Made by a program: the position numbers and the translations under genes. A DNA stretch of 64,000 nucleotides from Macrostomum lignano (Eukaryota). Shown in pieces: positions 11,701-26,700 of the stretch. Location: the NCBI GenBank assembly GCA_002269645.1, contig NIVC01002755.1, forward strand, positions 1-64,000, given 5' to 3'. Each line of letters begins with the position of its first letter. The stretch's first letter is position 1. The notes below the pieces were generated by a model that made no database searches, was not told where the DNA came from, and worked only from the letters and a program-made list of their open reading frames with translations.

Positions 11701-14700
11701 CCGGCAAAGTGCAACGGCAGGGAGTACATATCTCCGGCGAAGTCGCCGCCGCTGTCAACGCCTTCGTGTTGAATTCCAGTTGACGGAAATCTGGTGCCGA
11801 GGCCAACTGCAGTTTCGTAAGCTCTCGGGGACTCCGTATCGCTAATTTCTAAAAATGGTGAAGATCCAAACGGTTTTGTGCATAGTTTATAACTAGATGG
11901 CTCTTTTTTGAGTTCGCTCATGACAGGTTGAAAGCAAAAATCAAAAAAGCAGAAGAGTGTAAATGAGAATTGGTGCTCGGCTGGATGTTGATTTGTTCTT
12001 CAGCTTACCAAGAGGGTTGCCAAACACCTCCAGTTCCATAATTTTGATAGTTGACGAGTTGTGTAAGCCTGCCAGGCCAACCAAACTGGCTACCTGGAAA
12101 GTTGAGGAATGCTGCCCTGTCTAGAACATTATTTTACCAAACCCTTGAGCTCCATTTGTGTTCATTTTATAAAAGTAAAGCACCTGACGGATCGCCACTC
12201 GCCACGGGTTCGGCATGAAGGTAGCCAGGTTCTGATCGACAAGAACGGCATCTGCTGACTGCCTGTAGGCCGAGTGATTTGACACGAAGACCGCCGTGAA
12301 CTCATTCGGGTCCCTGTACTTAGCTGGAAATTGCGTTTAGAAGACAAATTTATGCTGTTTTGCGGCAGGAGAGTCCGTGAACTCAAAGGCCAAAACTACA
12401 TGTAGGGTGCATTTCTCACCGCGATAGAACTTTGTAAATCCCCAAATGAGCACGAACTCAATCTGTCTCGGCGTCAAAAAGTTTATGGCAACCCACGGTG
12501 GGCCGGCTGCAGAGCCCGAGGCCTCGAAAGGGACACTGGGTATACTAAATGAGTCCCTCCAGCCGTCAATGATGTTCTCATTCACCGCTGAGCTGCCCGC
12601 CACCAGCTGGCGGAAGTGGATCGGCACGGCGGCCGGCCTGAACGGTGCGGCGTCTGCAAAGGCGGTGAAAATGACGGTGGAGCTGCCTGCTTCTAAAGAT
12701 AAATTTGATCGTTAATGACTATGCTCCATCGCTGGATGACTCCATATAAACTCAGAGGCCAGACTCACCTGACTTGCAGCCATAGAGCATCCAGCGAGAC
12801 TCAAAGCGCCTGGCATATAGTGTAGGAATGCCGTAGAGGCGAAACGCCAGGCCTGTCACCTCGGGGAACAGGCCAACAAACACTGTTGTCGTCATTTGAG
12901 CCGGCCCGTGAAAAACCTGCGTGTTTTTGTTTGTGCGCAGTGCAATTGGATGGGGCCGGTTGTGTCGACTCTCGCACCTTTACTTGTACCCCTTTGGGCG
13001 TTTCTAATGGCTTTGCCGCTTCTGGCTCGCTGGCCCCTGCTTGCTTGTTTTTCTTTCCAGGCTGCTCTGGGGCAGTGGCATAATTTTGCTTGCAAGTTAT
13101 TTACGACCTAAGCCTGTGGCTGGGAGCCTTTCGCTCTGAAAGCCCCACCCCAGTCCCCATTCCTACCCCTTTCCCAATCCGTACCCCAACCCCTACCCCT
13201 ACCTAATCCCTTTCCCAACCCGTACCCCTATCCATACCCAACCCCTACCCCAACCCCTACCCTAGCCCTACCCCAATCCCCTCCTTATCCCCACCCCTAC
13301 CCCTACCCCAATCCCAACCCCTACCCCAACCCCTACCACAACCCCCACCCCAACCCCTACATGTACCTCTACCCCTACCCCCTACCCTTTCGGCTCTCCG
13401 AGTCGTTCATCCTTTAAGCTGAGCCGTAGATTCACTCACCAGAGGATAATGAGTGAAAGAGACTTTGTCCACCGAATGGGAGAAGGCGAATCTCAAGCGA
13501 TTTTCTTTACTATACCGAATCAAGACACGATCCGAGGCGCCTTGCATTGCCACCACAAAGACTGTGATGGAGCTGGAGAACGTGGCCTGAAACACAAATT
13601 TTAGTTTATACTCGTAGCTGCTAGCTGGTATAGTGATCGTATAGTGATCGTGATCAAAGTGGTAATCATCAGAACGGTTAGTTAATCTCCAGGCGAAAGC
13701 ACACAAAAGTACCTGCTTGTACTCCGCAAAGTCGCAAGTGGAGAATCTGAGAGCCGGAGCCCAGAATCCCAACTGCCGGTCATCTGAAAGCATTTCAATT
13801 TTTTCCTGGTTAGCTTTCGTCGGTCATAAAACTTGTTGAGTCTAACAAACAACAATCGCAGAACTTACTGGGCATATCGAACATGACATGAGCCCTATAG
13901 TTGTCCGCATCGCTGCCGAAGACAGTGTACCCTATGTTTTGAATGTCCAGCGCGTGTAACTGATTGCCAACTTCAAGGCTGGCTAGCAGAGACTCCCGGA
14001 CACTGAGGTTGAGACTTCTTGTTGTCCATGACAGTTTGACGGGCTGAAAGTCGTCTGTATCTGCTGTCACAGAGCTCCCTGCCAGCAGTGACATTACAGA
14101 CAGCGTGGCAAGGCTGGCAGAGTATCCTGATCGGACAAAATACTCCAGAGCTGACACATGAGATCCATTGCCACCGATGACAACTTCCCAGCGTGTCTGT
14201 GTTGAATGCAAGGAAGTGGGATTTGTCATTGGTTGGCTTGCAGGGGGGGTTGTGAGCACTGATGGCAGCCGTCCTGCAGCCGGTGAGGAGGCGAGTCCAC
14301 TCACACAATCACTGACCCACACTCACACAATCACTCACCCACACTCACACATTCACTCACCCACACTCACACATTCACTCACCCACACTCACACATTCAC
14401 TCACCCACACTCACACAGGGTGCCTATTTGTGTTCAGGTTAGTCTTGGCTCACCCCATTAAGGATGTCCTGATGTGTGTAGAAACTGGTAAACCACAGCT
14501 TCAGGCCACTCAGTCTGAGTCTGGTATGAAACAGCAGGCTATTTGTCTGTCTGGCAGTACGCATGAGGTCTTCAGGAACCCGGCGAATGATGACCGAGTG
14601 AGCAGTCAAGTCCTCGAGCTTTTCTAGAATTTTTTTTCGATTAGAATGAGCTCTGTTTGAGCAGAAATATACGCTTCTAGTGTTTTGCCACTGATAATAA

Positions 14701-17700
14701 ACTCCGACTCAAACCCACCTACATTACTCAAACCAACAGATCACACAGATTGTCTGGTCTACTGCAGCTCACCTCTGATGCTACATCCTGTACTCACGCA
14801 GCCTACTCACCCTCCTCCGCCACAATCTGCAGGCGCGATATGGACAGCTGGCCAACACCGGCACCTTGAAGAAAAACTGCATAGCGACCGCACACGGAGG
14901 CGCCGCAGTTCGCGTTCAGAGGCGAAGCGGCATCCTCGGGCAGGTTGAAGCGGTAGCAGACGGGCCACGATTCGAACGCCAGATCCGACAGGCTCGAATT
15001 CCAGGTGTGGCCCACTCGGACAGTGAAGTTGTTGAGCCGGCCAGCTGAATTGACGGAGTTTTTGGAGCGTTAGGCACCGGACATGTCTGCCTGCTCAGAC
15101 ACTTGATCAGGAAGGCACCTGCCTGCTCAGAAACTACTTGATCAAGAAGGCACCTGCCTGCTCAGAAACTACTTGATCAAGAAGGCATCTGCCTGCTAAG
15201 ACACTTGATCAAGAAGGAATCTGCCTGCTCAGACACTTGATCAAGAAGGCATCTGCCTGCTCAGACACTACTTGATCAAGAAGGCATCTGCCTGCTCAGA
15301 AACTACTTGATCAAGAAGGCATCTGCCTGCTAAGACACTTGATCAAGAAGGAATCTGCCTGTTCAGACACTTGATCAAGAAGGCATCTGCCTGCTCAGAC
15401 ACTACTTGATCAAGAAGGCACCTGCCTGCTCAGACACTTGATCAAGAAGGCATCTGCCTGCTCATACACATGATCAAGAAGGCATCTGCCTGCTCAGACA
15501 CTACTTGATCAAGAAGGCATCTGCCTGCTAAGACACTACTTGATCAAGAAGGCACCTGCCTGCTCAACACTACTTGATCAAGAAGGCATCTGCCTGCTCA
15601 GACACTTGATCAAGAAGGCATCTGCCTGCTCAGACACTTGATTAAGAAGGCATCTGCCTGCTCAGAAACTACTTGATCAAGAAGGCATCTGCCTGCTCAG
15701 ACACTTGATTAAGAAGGCATCTGCCTGCTCAGAAACTACTTGATCAAGAAGGCACCTGCCTGCTCAGAAACTTGATTAAGAATGCATCTGCCTGCTCAGA
15801 AACTTGATTAAGAAGGCACCTGCCTGCTCAGAAACTTGATTAAGAAGGCATCTGCCTGCTCAGAAACTTGATTAAGAAGGCATCTGCCTGCTCAGAAACT
15901 TGATTAAGAAGGCATCTGCCTGCTCAGAAACTTGATCAGGAAGGCATCTGCCTGCTCAGACACTACTTGATCAAGAAGGAATCTGCCTGCTCAGACACTT
16001 GATCAAGAAGGCATCTGCCTGCTCAGACACTTGATCAAGAAGGCATCTGCCTGCTCAGACACTACTTGATCAAGAAGGCATCTGCCTGCTCAGACACTAC
16101 TTGATCAAGAAGGCATCTGCCTGCTAAGACACTACTTGATCAAGAAGGAATCTGCCTGCTCAGACACTTGATCAAGAAGGCATCTGCCTGCTCAGACACT
16201 ACTTGATCAGGAAGGCACCTGCCTGCTCAGACACTACTTGATCAAGAAGGCATCTGCCTGCTCAGACACTACTTGATCAAGAAGGCATCTGCCTGCTCAG
16301 ACACTACTTGATCAAGAAGGCATCTGCCTGCTCAGACACTTGATCAAGAAGGCATCTGCCTGCTCAGAAACTACTTGATCAAGAAGGCATCTGCCTGCTC
16401 AGACACTACTTGATCAAGAAGGCATCTGCCTGCTCAGACACTACTTGATTAAGAAGGCATCTGCCTGCTCAGACACTACTTGATCAAGAAGGCATCTGCC
16501 TGCTCAGACACTTGATCAAGAAGGCATCTGCCTGCTCAGACACTTGATCAAGAAGGCATCTGCCTGCTCAGACACTACTTGATCAAGAAGGCATCTGCCT
16601 GCTCAGACACTACTTGATCAAGAAGGCATCTGCCTGCTAAGACACTACTTGATCAAGAAGGAATCTGCCTGCTCAGACACTTGATCAAGAAGGCATCTGC
16701 CTGCTCAGACACTACTTGATCAGGAAGGCACCTGCCTGCTCAGACACTACTTGATCAAGAAGGCATCTGCCTGCTCAGACACTACTTGATTAAGAAGGCA
16801 TCTGCCTGCTCAGAAACTACTTGATCAAGAAGGCATCTGCCTGCTAAGACACTTGATCAAGAAGGAATCTGCCTGCTCAGACACTTGATCAAGAAGGCAT
16901 CTGCCTGCTCAGACACTACTTGATCAAGAAGGCATCTGCCTGCTCAGAAACTACTTGATCAAGAAGGCATCTGCCTGCTAAGACACTTGATCAAGAAGGA
17001 ATCTGCCTGCTCAGACACTTGATCAAGAAGGCATCTGCCTGCTCAGACACTACTTGATCAAGAAGGCATCTGCCTGCTCAGACACTTGATCAAGAAGGCA
17101 TCTGCCTGCTCATACACATGATCAAGAAGGCATCTGCCTGCTCAGACACTACTTGATCAAGAAGGCATCTGCCTGCTAAGACACTACTTGATCAAGAAGG
17201 CACCTGCCTGCTCAACACTACTTGATCAAGAAGGCATCTGCCTGCTCAGACACTTGATCAAGAAGGCATCTGCCTGCTCAGACACTTGATTAAGAAGGCA
17301 TCTGCCTGCTCAGAAACTACTTGATCAAGAAGGCATCTGCCTGCTCAGACACTTGATTAAGAAGGCATCTGCCTGCTCAGAAACTACTTGATCAAGAAGG
17401 CACCTGCCTGCTCAGAAACTTGATTAAGAATGCATCTGCCTGCTCAGAAACTTGATTAAGAAGGCACCTGCCTGCTCAGAAACTTGATTAAGAAGGCATC
17501 TGCCTGCTCAGAAACTTGATTAAGAAGGCATCTGCCTGCTCAGAAACTTGATTAAGAAGGCATCTGCCTGCTCAGAAACTTGATCAGGAAGGCATCTGCC
17601 TGCTCAGACACTACTTGATCAAGAAGGAATCTGCCTGCTCAGACACTTGATCAAGAAGGCATCTGCCTGCTCAGACACTTGATCAAGAAGGCATCTGCCT

Positions 17701-20700
17701 GCTCAGACACTACTTGATCAAGAAGGCATCTGCCTGCTCAGACACTACTTGATCAAGAAGGCATCTGCCTGCTAAGACACTACTTGATCAAGAAGGAATC
17801 TGCCTGCTCAGACACTTGATCAAGAAGGCATCTGCCTGCTCAGACACTACTTGATCAGGAAGGCACCTGCCTGCTCAGACACTACTTGATCAAGAAGGCA
17901 TCTGCCTGCTCAGACACTACTTGATCAAGAAGGCATCTGCCTGCTCAGACACTACTTGATCAAGAAGGCACCTGCCTGCTCAGACACTTGATCAAGAAGG
18001 CATCTGCCTGCTCAGACACTTGATCAAGAAGGCATCTGCCTGCTCAGACACTACTTGATCAAGAAGGCATCTGCCTGCTCAGACACTACTTGATCAGGAA
18101 GGCATCTGCCTGCTCAGACACTACTTGATCAAGAAGGCATCTGCCTGCTCAGACACTTGATCAAGAAGGCATCTGCCTGCTCAGACACTTGATCAAGAAG
18201 GCATCTGCCTGCTCAGACACTACTTGATCAAGAAGGCATCTGCCTGCTCAGACACTACTTGATCAAGAAGGCATCTGCCTGCTAAGACACTACTTGATCA
18301 AGAAGGAATCTGCCTGCTCAGACACTTGATTAAGAAGGCATCTGCCTGCTCAGACACTACTTGATCAGGAAGGCACCTGCCTGCTCAGACACTACTTGAT
18401 CAAGAAGGCATCTGCCTGCTCAGACACTACTTGATTAAGAAGGCATCTGCCTGCTCAGAAACTACTTGATCAAGAAGGCATCTGCCTGCTCAGATACTTG
18501 ATTAAGAAGGCATCTGCCTGCTAAGACACTACTTGATCAAGAAGGCATCTGCCTGCTCAGACACTTGATTAAGAAGGCATCTGCCTGCTCAGACACTACT
18601 TGATCAAGAAGGCATCTGCCTGCTCAGACACTACTTGATCAAGAAGGAATCTGCCTGCTAAGACACTTGATCAAGAAGGCATCTGCCTGCTCAGACACTT
18701 GATCAAGAAGGCATCTGCCTGCTCAGACACTTGATCAAGAAGGAATCTGCCTGCTCAGACACTACTTGATCAAGAAGGAATCTGCCTGCTAAGACACTTG
18801 ATCAAGAAGGCATCTGCCTGCTCAGACACTTGATCAAGAAGGCATCTGCCTGCTCAGACACTTGATCAAGAAGGAATCTGCCTGCTCAGAAACTTGATTA
18901 AGAAGGCATCTGCCTGCTCAGAAACTTGATCAGGAAGGCATCTGCCTGCTCAGAAACTACTTGATCAAGAAGGCATCTGCCTGCTAAGACACTACTTGAT
19001 CAAGAAGGCATCTGCCTGCTCAGACACTACTTGATCAAGAAGGCATCTGCCTGCTCAGACACTACTTGATCAAGAAGGCATCTGCCTGCTCAGACACTAC
19101 TTGATCAGGAAGGCACCTGCCTGCTCAGACACTTGATTAAGAAGGCATCTGCCTGCTCATACACATGATCAAGAAGGCATCTGCCTGCTCAGACACTACT
19201 TGATCAAGAAGGCATCTGCCTGCTAAGACACTACTTGATCAAGAAGGCACCTGCCTGCTCAACACTACTTGATCAAGAAGGCATCTGCCTGCTCAGACAC
19301 TTGATCAAGAAGGCATCTGCCTGCTCAGACACTTGATTAAGAAGGCATCTGCCTGCTCAGAAACTACTTGATCAAGAAGGCACCTGCCTGCTCAGAAACT
19401 TGATTAAGAATGCATCTGCCTGCTCAGAAACTTGATTAAGAAGGCACCTGCCTGCTCAGAAACTTGATTAAGAAGGCATCTGCCTGCTCAGAAACTTGAT
19501 TAAGAAGGCATCTGCCTGCTCAGAAACTTGATTAAGAAGGCATCTGCCTGCTCAGAAACTTGATCAGGAAGGCATCTGCCTGCTCAGACACTACTTGATC
19601 AAGAAGGAATCTGCCTGCTCAGACACTTGATCAAGAAGGCATCTGCCTGCTCAGAAACTTGATTAAGAAGGCATCTGCCTGCTCAGAAACTTGATTAAGA
19701 AGGCATCTGCCTGCTCAGAAACTTGATCAGGAAGGCATCTGCCTGCTAAGACACTACTTGATCAAGAAGGAATCTGCCTGCTCAGACACTTGATCAAGAA
19801 GGCATCTGCCTGCTCAGACACTACTTGATCAGGAAGGCACCTGCCTGCTCAGACACTACTTGATCAAGAAGGCATCTGCCTGCTCAGACACTACTTGATC
19901 AAGAAGGCATCTGCCTGCTCAGACACTACTTGATCAAGAAGGCATCTGCCTGCTCAGACACTTGATCAAGAAGGCATCTGCCTGCTCAGACACTTGATCA
20001 AGAAGGCATCTGCCTGCTCAGACACTACTTGATCAAGAAGGCATCTGCCTGCTCAGACACTACTTGATCAGGAAGGCATCTGCCTGCTCAGACACTACTT
20101 GATCAAGAAGGCATCTGCCTGCTCAGACACTTGATCAAGAAGGCATCTGCCTGCTCAGACACTTGATCAAGAAGGCATCTGCCTGCTCAGACACTACTTG
20201 ATCAAGAAGGCATCTGCCTGCTCAGACACTACTTGATCAAGAAGGCATCTGCCTGCTAAGACACTACTTGATCAAGAAGGAATCTGCCTGCTCAGACACT
20301 TGATCAAGAAGGCATCTGCCTGCTCAGACACTACTTGATCAGGAAGGCACCTGCCTGCTCAGACACTACTTGATCAAGAAGGCATCTGCCTGCTCAGACA
20401 CTACTTGATTAAGAAGGCATCTGCCTGCTCAGAAACTACTTGATCAAGAAGGCATCTGCCTGCTCAGATACTTGATTAAGAAGGCATCTGCCTGCTAAGA
20501 CACTACTTGATCAAGAAGGCATCTGCCTGCTCAGACACTTGATTAAGAAGGCATCTGCCTGCTCAGACACTACTTGATCAAGAAGGCATCTGCCTGCTCA
20601 GACACTACTTGATCAAGAAGGAATCTGCCTGCTAAGACACTTGATCAAGAAGGCATCTGCCTGCTCAGACACTTGATCAAGAAGGCATCTGCCTGCTCAG

Positions 20701-23700
20701 ACACTTGATCAAGAAGGAATCTGCCTGCTCAGACACTACTTGATCAAGAAGGAATCTGCCTGCTAAGACACTTGATCAAGAAGGCATCTGCCTGCTCAGA
20801 CACTTGATCAAGAAGGCATCTGCCTGCTCAGACACTTGATCAAGAAGGAATCTGCCTGCTCAGAAACTTGATTAAGAAGGCATCTGCCTGCTCAGAAACT
20901 TGATCAGGAAGGCATCTGCCTGCTCAGAAACTACTTGATCAAGAAGGCATCTGCCTGCTAAGACACTACTTGATCAAGAAGGCATCTGCCTGCTCAGACA
21001 CTACTTGATCAAGAAGGCATCTGCCTGCTCAGACACTACTTGATCAAGAAGGCATCTGCCTGCTCAGACACTACTTGATCAGGAAGGCACCTGCCTGCTC
21101 AGACACTTGATTAAGAAGGCATCTGCCTGCTCAGACACTTGATCAAGAAGGAATCTGCCTGCTCAGACACTTGATCAAGAAGGCATCTGCCTGCTCAGAC
21201 ACTTGATCAAGAAGGAATCTGCCTGCATAGACACTTGATCAAGAAGGCATCTGCCTGCTCAGACACTTGATCAAGAAGGCATCTGCCTGCTCAGACACTT
21301 GATCAAGAAGGCATCTGCCTGCTCAGACACTACTTGATCAAGAAGGCATCTGCCTGCTCAGACACTACTTTGATCAAGAAGGCATCTGCCTGCTCAGACA
21401 CTTGATCAAGAAGGCATCTGCCTGCTCAGACACTTGATCAAGAAGGCATCTGCCTGCTCAGACACTTGATCAAGAAGGCATCTGCCTGCTCAGACACTTG
21501 ATCAAGAAGGCATCTGCCTGCTCAGACACTTGATCAAGAAGGCATCTGCCTGCTCAGACACTTGATCAAGAAGGCATCTGCCTGCTCAGACACTTGATCA
21601 AGAAGGCATCTGCCTGCTCAGACACTACTTGATCAAGAAGGCATCTGCCTGCTCAGACACTTGATCAAGAATGCATCTGCCTGCTCAGACACTTCATCAA
21701 GAAGGCATCTGCTTGCTCAGACACTTGATCAAGAAGGCATCTGCCTGCTCAGACACTTGATCAAGAAGGCGTCTGCTTGCTCAGACACTTGATCAAGAAG
21801 GCATCTGCCTGCTCAGACACTTGATCAAGAAGGCATCTGCCTGCTCAGACACTTGATCAAGAAGGCATCTGCCTGCTCAGACACTTGATCAAGAAGGCAT
21901 ATGCCTGCTCAGACACTTGATCAAGAAGGCATCTTACCAAAGTTGATGACAGCAAAACCGAAGCAGTGCGTGGATTTCAGATCAACTAACAGCCGCCAAA
22001 AGTGTTCCGGGGTTGCTGCTGTAACTTTCTGCGTGTTGAGGATGGCTGCAAAATCGCTTGTGTATTTCGGAGCTGCCATTCTGATGCCATTGAAGTAGTA
22101 GGCCTTCTGGTAGCCCACAGAGTAGATATCGGTTGTGTCTTCATTGTCAGCCAGGTAATTCGGCACTGAAAGTGCGGCGGAATTCGAAATTCAGAGTAGA
22201 ATTTACCGCAGCCCGGCACCTCTATCCGAATATGGAAAATGCCGAAGGCCTACCGCAGCGAAAGCCTCCGCTATTCTGATTGAAGCACTGCTCGTTTCCT
22301 GAGGCTGTGCAGCAATTGAAACTCCCGCTGCCGAATGCTGAAATATTTCAGGAAACGTTTTTTTAATCAGCGATTGGGTATCGAAAAGTGAGCTTGAAAG
22401 CCTTGGAAGTAACTAACATGAGCTGCACTGGCTGTATGTCGATGGAAGGTTGTTGAAAGAGGTCCGGCAGGTGCTCTGGGTCAAGCAGGCGTTGCCGCTG
22501 GCGGCCATGCCGATGCCAAAGTCGAAGAACTGGTGATCGTTAGAAATCATGACGCACTTCACGTGGTCTGCAGAGGATTTAAATGGGGTTCTTGTCAAAT
22601 AAAGTTACTCTTAGTAGTCAAGAAGGTGAATAAGTACTCACCTGCGTATCTGATGGTTGTGCCGACTACTGAGTAGTTCACATGCCGCCTGTAGTGACTA
22701 CTTGACGCCTGAAAACTGACCGACACGTCTCCAGGAATTCCGCCGAACAGCGGCTTCATGCAGCCTGCGATTTGGGGCACGAAATTTCTCGTTTGTTACT
22801 TTCCATTTGGACTGCCAGTGAAATTTTGACTCCCAGTGACATTTGGACTGCCAGTGACATTTTGACTCCCAGTGACATTTTGACTGCCAGTGACATTTTG
22901 ACTCCCAGTGACGTTTTGACTCCCAGTGACATTTGGACTGCCAGTGACATTTTGACTCCCAGTGACATTTTGACTGCCAGTGACATTTTGACTCCCAGTG
23001 ACATTTGACTGCAGTGACATTTTGATTGCCAGTGACATTTTGACTGCCATCTGTCATTTGATTGATCAAATAGAGGCCACCTTTTGCGGCCAGGCCAGCA
23101 AGCGTGGACTTCACTCACCCCAAGCCCAAATCCTAATCTAAATCGTCGATAGAGCTGGTCAAATATTACTTTATTGAATATTACTTGCGGGTTTTCGGGC
23201 AACAGAAGCAAGTGTGACTTTCAGAATCAGCTGATAAGTCGATTACCTTTCGTAGTCGAGAAGCGATAGTACACCACTTGATTTGTTAGTGCATAACCGT
23301 TGCACGTTCCCGTTGAGTAATCTCTTAAATACATATGCTTTTCGGTGTCCATCGATGTCTCGAACTGGTCAGTGACGTTCGGATCCTGGTTCTGAAGCTT
23401 CAGGACCTGCCAGTAGTTCATAGGCCTGTAGAAATTCTGAGCATTGGTCCAAGCACAAGCCTGGTTCCTGACCAGCACCAGCTCCTCCGACTGCGCACCT
23501 GCATCTGAAGGATTCAAGATTCTTGCTTATACTGCTTGCCCCACCACAGCTGGCCTGCTTGCCTCAACCTTCCTGCTTCCTCACCCTCCTGCTTGCCCCA
23601 CCACAGCTGGCCTGCTTGCCTCAACCTTCCTGCTTCCTCACCCTCCTGCTTGCCCCACCACAGCTGGCCTGCTTGCCTCAACCTTCCTGCTTCCTCACCC

Positions 23701-26700
23701 TCCTGCTTGCCCCACCACAGCTGGCCTGCTTGCCTCAACCTTCCTGCTTGCCTCACCCTCCTGCTTGCCCATCTACAAACCCGGTTTGACGCCGCCTACC
23801 TGGATACTTTTTCACTTCGCAGACGAACGGCAGCTGCTGGGAGCAGTCAACGTCAATCACCAGGGCCAAGTGGGCGTCCAGGGCGGCGCAGTTCGAGGGC
23901 GGCCGGCCCATGTAGAAGGTGCCGGGCTCCGGCTCGCTGCCGTCGCTCCACTCCCATTGGTTGGTGGAGTTCCTCCGCAGGCCGACCAGGAACGGGCCGA
24001 TGTCTCTATCGTTGAATCTGCAAAGTTCAGAAGCGGAGATGTCCGTGCAGTGCACGGGCAAAGCACTGCTGGGGAAGCGGGCTGGCATACCCAGGAAACA
24101 GGATGAGGAAGTTTCTCTCCAGCACAGTCTTGGCGTTCAGCAGGCTGGCGGCGACGCCACCCCAGCTCTGCTCAGCGCAGATCTGGCTGGCAACTGCCCA
24201 GGTTGTCGCGGTGTCCTCGATGTGCCAGCAGACGCTGGCCGAGCTGACCCAGCCTGGCGGGCAAGCTGCGGTGCGGTTTGATGCGGCTGATAAAAATTTG
24301 TTTTTATTACTCACAAGTAGCAAACGTAGACATTTATTTCTGTGTTATGTTCCAGTGCCTGGATTCCAGTTCTCGTGCTTTGATTCCAGCTCTAGTGCCT
24401 TGAGTATTGTACGAGAATGTACATTACGGTGGCGTTTTTATAAGTCTCGCAGCAACTTAGCTCAACCCAACTCGACCCAACTCAACCCAACTCAACCCAA
24501 CTCAACACAACTCAACCCAGCTCAACCCAACTCAACACAACTCATCCCAGCTCAACACAACTCAACCCAGCTCAACCCAACTCACGTTTAACAGGACAGC
24601 CCCGAATTGAGTCCACCGAGTTGACAGTGGATGAGGCTCCAAAATGAAGCTGGATCTCGAGCGGAGCGAGGACAAACGGCACAATGAACTTCTCGACGGT
24701 GTATGTCACCTGAAACTGCAGCAGAGAAGGGGTTGACAACCTGTGAGAAGGTGCACTGTTCGGACACAAGACTGTGGACTCACCAGCCACAATGCGTTTG
24801 TCCACGGGTGCACGAGGTTCTCCGTGACGTTGCCAACTTTCTTGAATGACATCCAGAAACTGCTGGCTAAAGGCAGGTTGCTGAGCACGAAGCTGGTCAG
24901 GTAGCTGATTCGGGAGAAGCTCACGGTCACAACAGTTTCGTGTGCCAGCTTGGCAACTGAAACTGAGTACTTCTCAGCGGGAATCGGCGGGCAGGCTGCA
25001 AATTTTGCGATTGCAGTTGAACCAAATCCGGGAATCCAGAAGCATCTAGGATCAGGATCTGGGATCGGGATCTGGGATCGGGATCTGGGATCGGGATCTG
25101 GGATCGGGATCTGGGATCGGGATCTGGGATCGGGATCTGGGATCGGGATCTGGGATCGGGATCTGGGATCGGGATCTGGGATCGGGATCTGGGATCGGGA
25201 TCTGGGATCGGGATCTGGGATCGGGATCTGGGATCGGGATCTGGGATCGGGATCTGGGATCGGGATCTGGGATCGGGATCTGGGATCGGGATCTGGGATC
25301 GGGATCTGGGATCGGGATCTGGGATCGGGATCTGGGATCGGGATCTGGGATCGGGATCTGGGATCGGGATCTGGGATCGGGATCTGGGATCGGGATCTGG
25401 GATCGGGATCTGGGATCGGGATCTGGGATCGGGATCTGGGATCGGGATCTGGGATCGGGATCTGGGATCGGGATCTGGGATCGGGATCTGGGATCGGGAT
25501 CTGGGATCGGGATCTGGGATCGGGATCTGGGATCGGGATCTGGGATCGGGATCTGGGATCGGGATCTGGGATCGGGATCTGGGATCGGGATCTGGGATCG
25601 GGATCTGGGATCGGGATCTGGGATCGGGATCTGGGATCGGGATCTGGGATCGGGATCTGGGATCGGGATCTGGGATCGGGATCTGGATTTGTCCCTTACC
25701 ATCTGGACTGGGATAGCCCACGATGTCCATCTGGAAAGTGTACGTTATGTAGGGCTGTATTGGAACAAAATGCAGCAGCCGTGTCTCCAGCGAGCTGCTC
25801 AGTTGCACTTGCGTCGAAGACGAATCGCTGGAGTACGACACGGAAACAACCGACTAAAATAGCAATTTAGCAGACAGGGGTATAAGCTGACATGTGTGCG
25901 CAGAATTCGGTGACGAAGCCACTTAAACAGCAGCCTGTCCTTACAGGGAACGGAACGAAGTAGATCGGGTTGGACAGGACCAGCGAGTTGCTCGGCTCGG
26001 CCTCAGCGTAAAACATGCTGATTCGACCTCGGTCGAGCTCGGGTAATCGCGAAAAGCTGACATTGCCGAACAGCACAAAGCCGGTGATCGTGAAGTTGAA
26101 GGGGAAGTACACCCGGACATAGTAGGGGCTCAATGTCAAGGTCGTGCATTGAATGATTGGCCCGCCAGGAACGGTCTTGAAGCTCATCGACAGCGGGCCC
26201 CGGTTGGCCTTGTGCTTGCTCAGGTCAACCCAGGCCAGCGGCATCACCTTGCCCAGACCGGCTTGCACTGTGCTCAGCCGCGACATCTGCTGCACACCTG
26301 GCAGGGGTTCCACAGACTGGGGCTCCGGCTCAGCTACCCCAGACTACCTGTCTCACACTACCTGTCTCACACTACCTGCATCACACTACCTGTCTCACAC
26401 TACCTGTCTCACACTACCTGTCTCACACTACCTGCATCACACTACCTGTCTCACACTACCTGTCTCACACTACCTGTCTCACACTACCTGTCTCACACTA
26501 CCTGTCTCACACTACCTGTCTCACACTACCTGTCTCACACTACCTGTCTCACACTACCTGTCTCACACTACCTGTGTCACACTACCTGTCTCACACTACC
26601 TGTCTCACACCACTTGTCTCAGACCACTTGTCTCAGACCACCTGTCTCAGACCACCTGTCTCAGACCACCTGTCTCACACCACCTGTCTCACACTACCTG

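Noticed and set aside
13143-13389. Interstitial telomere
   Set aside because: The units are CCCTAC/CCCAAC mixtures rather than CCCTAA, which is more consistent with a degenerate intronic hexamer repeat.
15086-21934. CRISPR-like array (30-36-bp palindromic repeats)
   Set aside because: The units are head-to-tail with no unique spacers, lie inside a eukaryotic spliceosomal intron, and no cas genes are present.
24927-25870. PDPDPRSRSQIPI / GSGSGIGIWDRDL repeat proteins
   Set aside because: The 13-bp array is bounded by a GTAAG donor and a CAG acceptor, so it is intronic.
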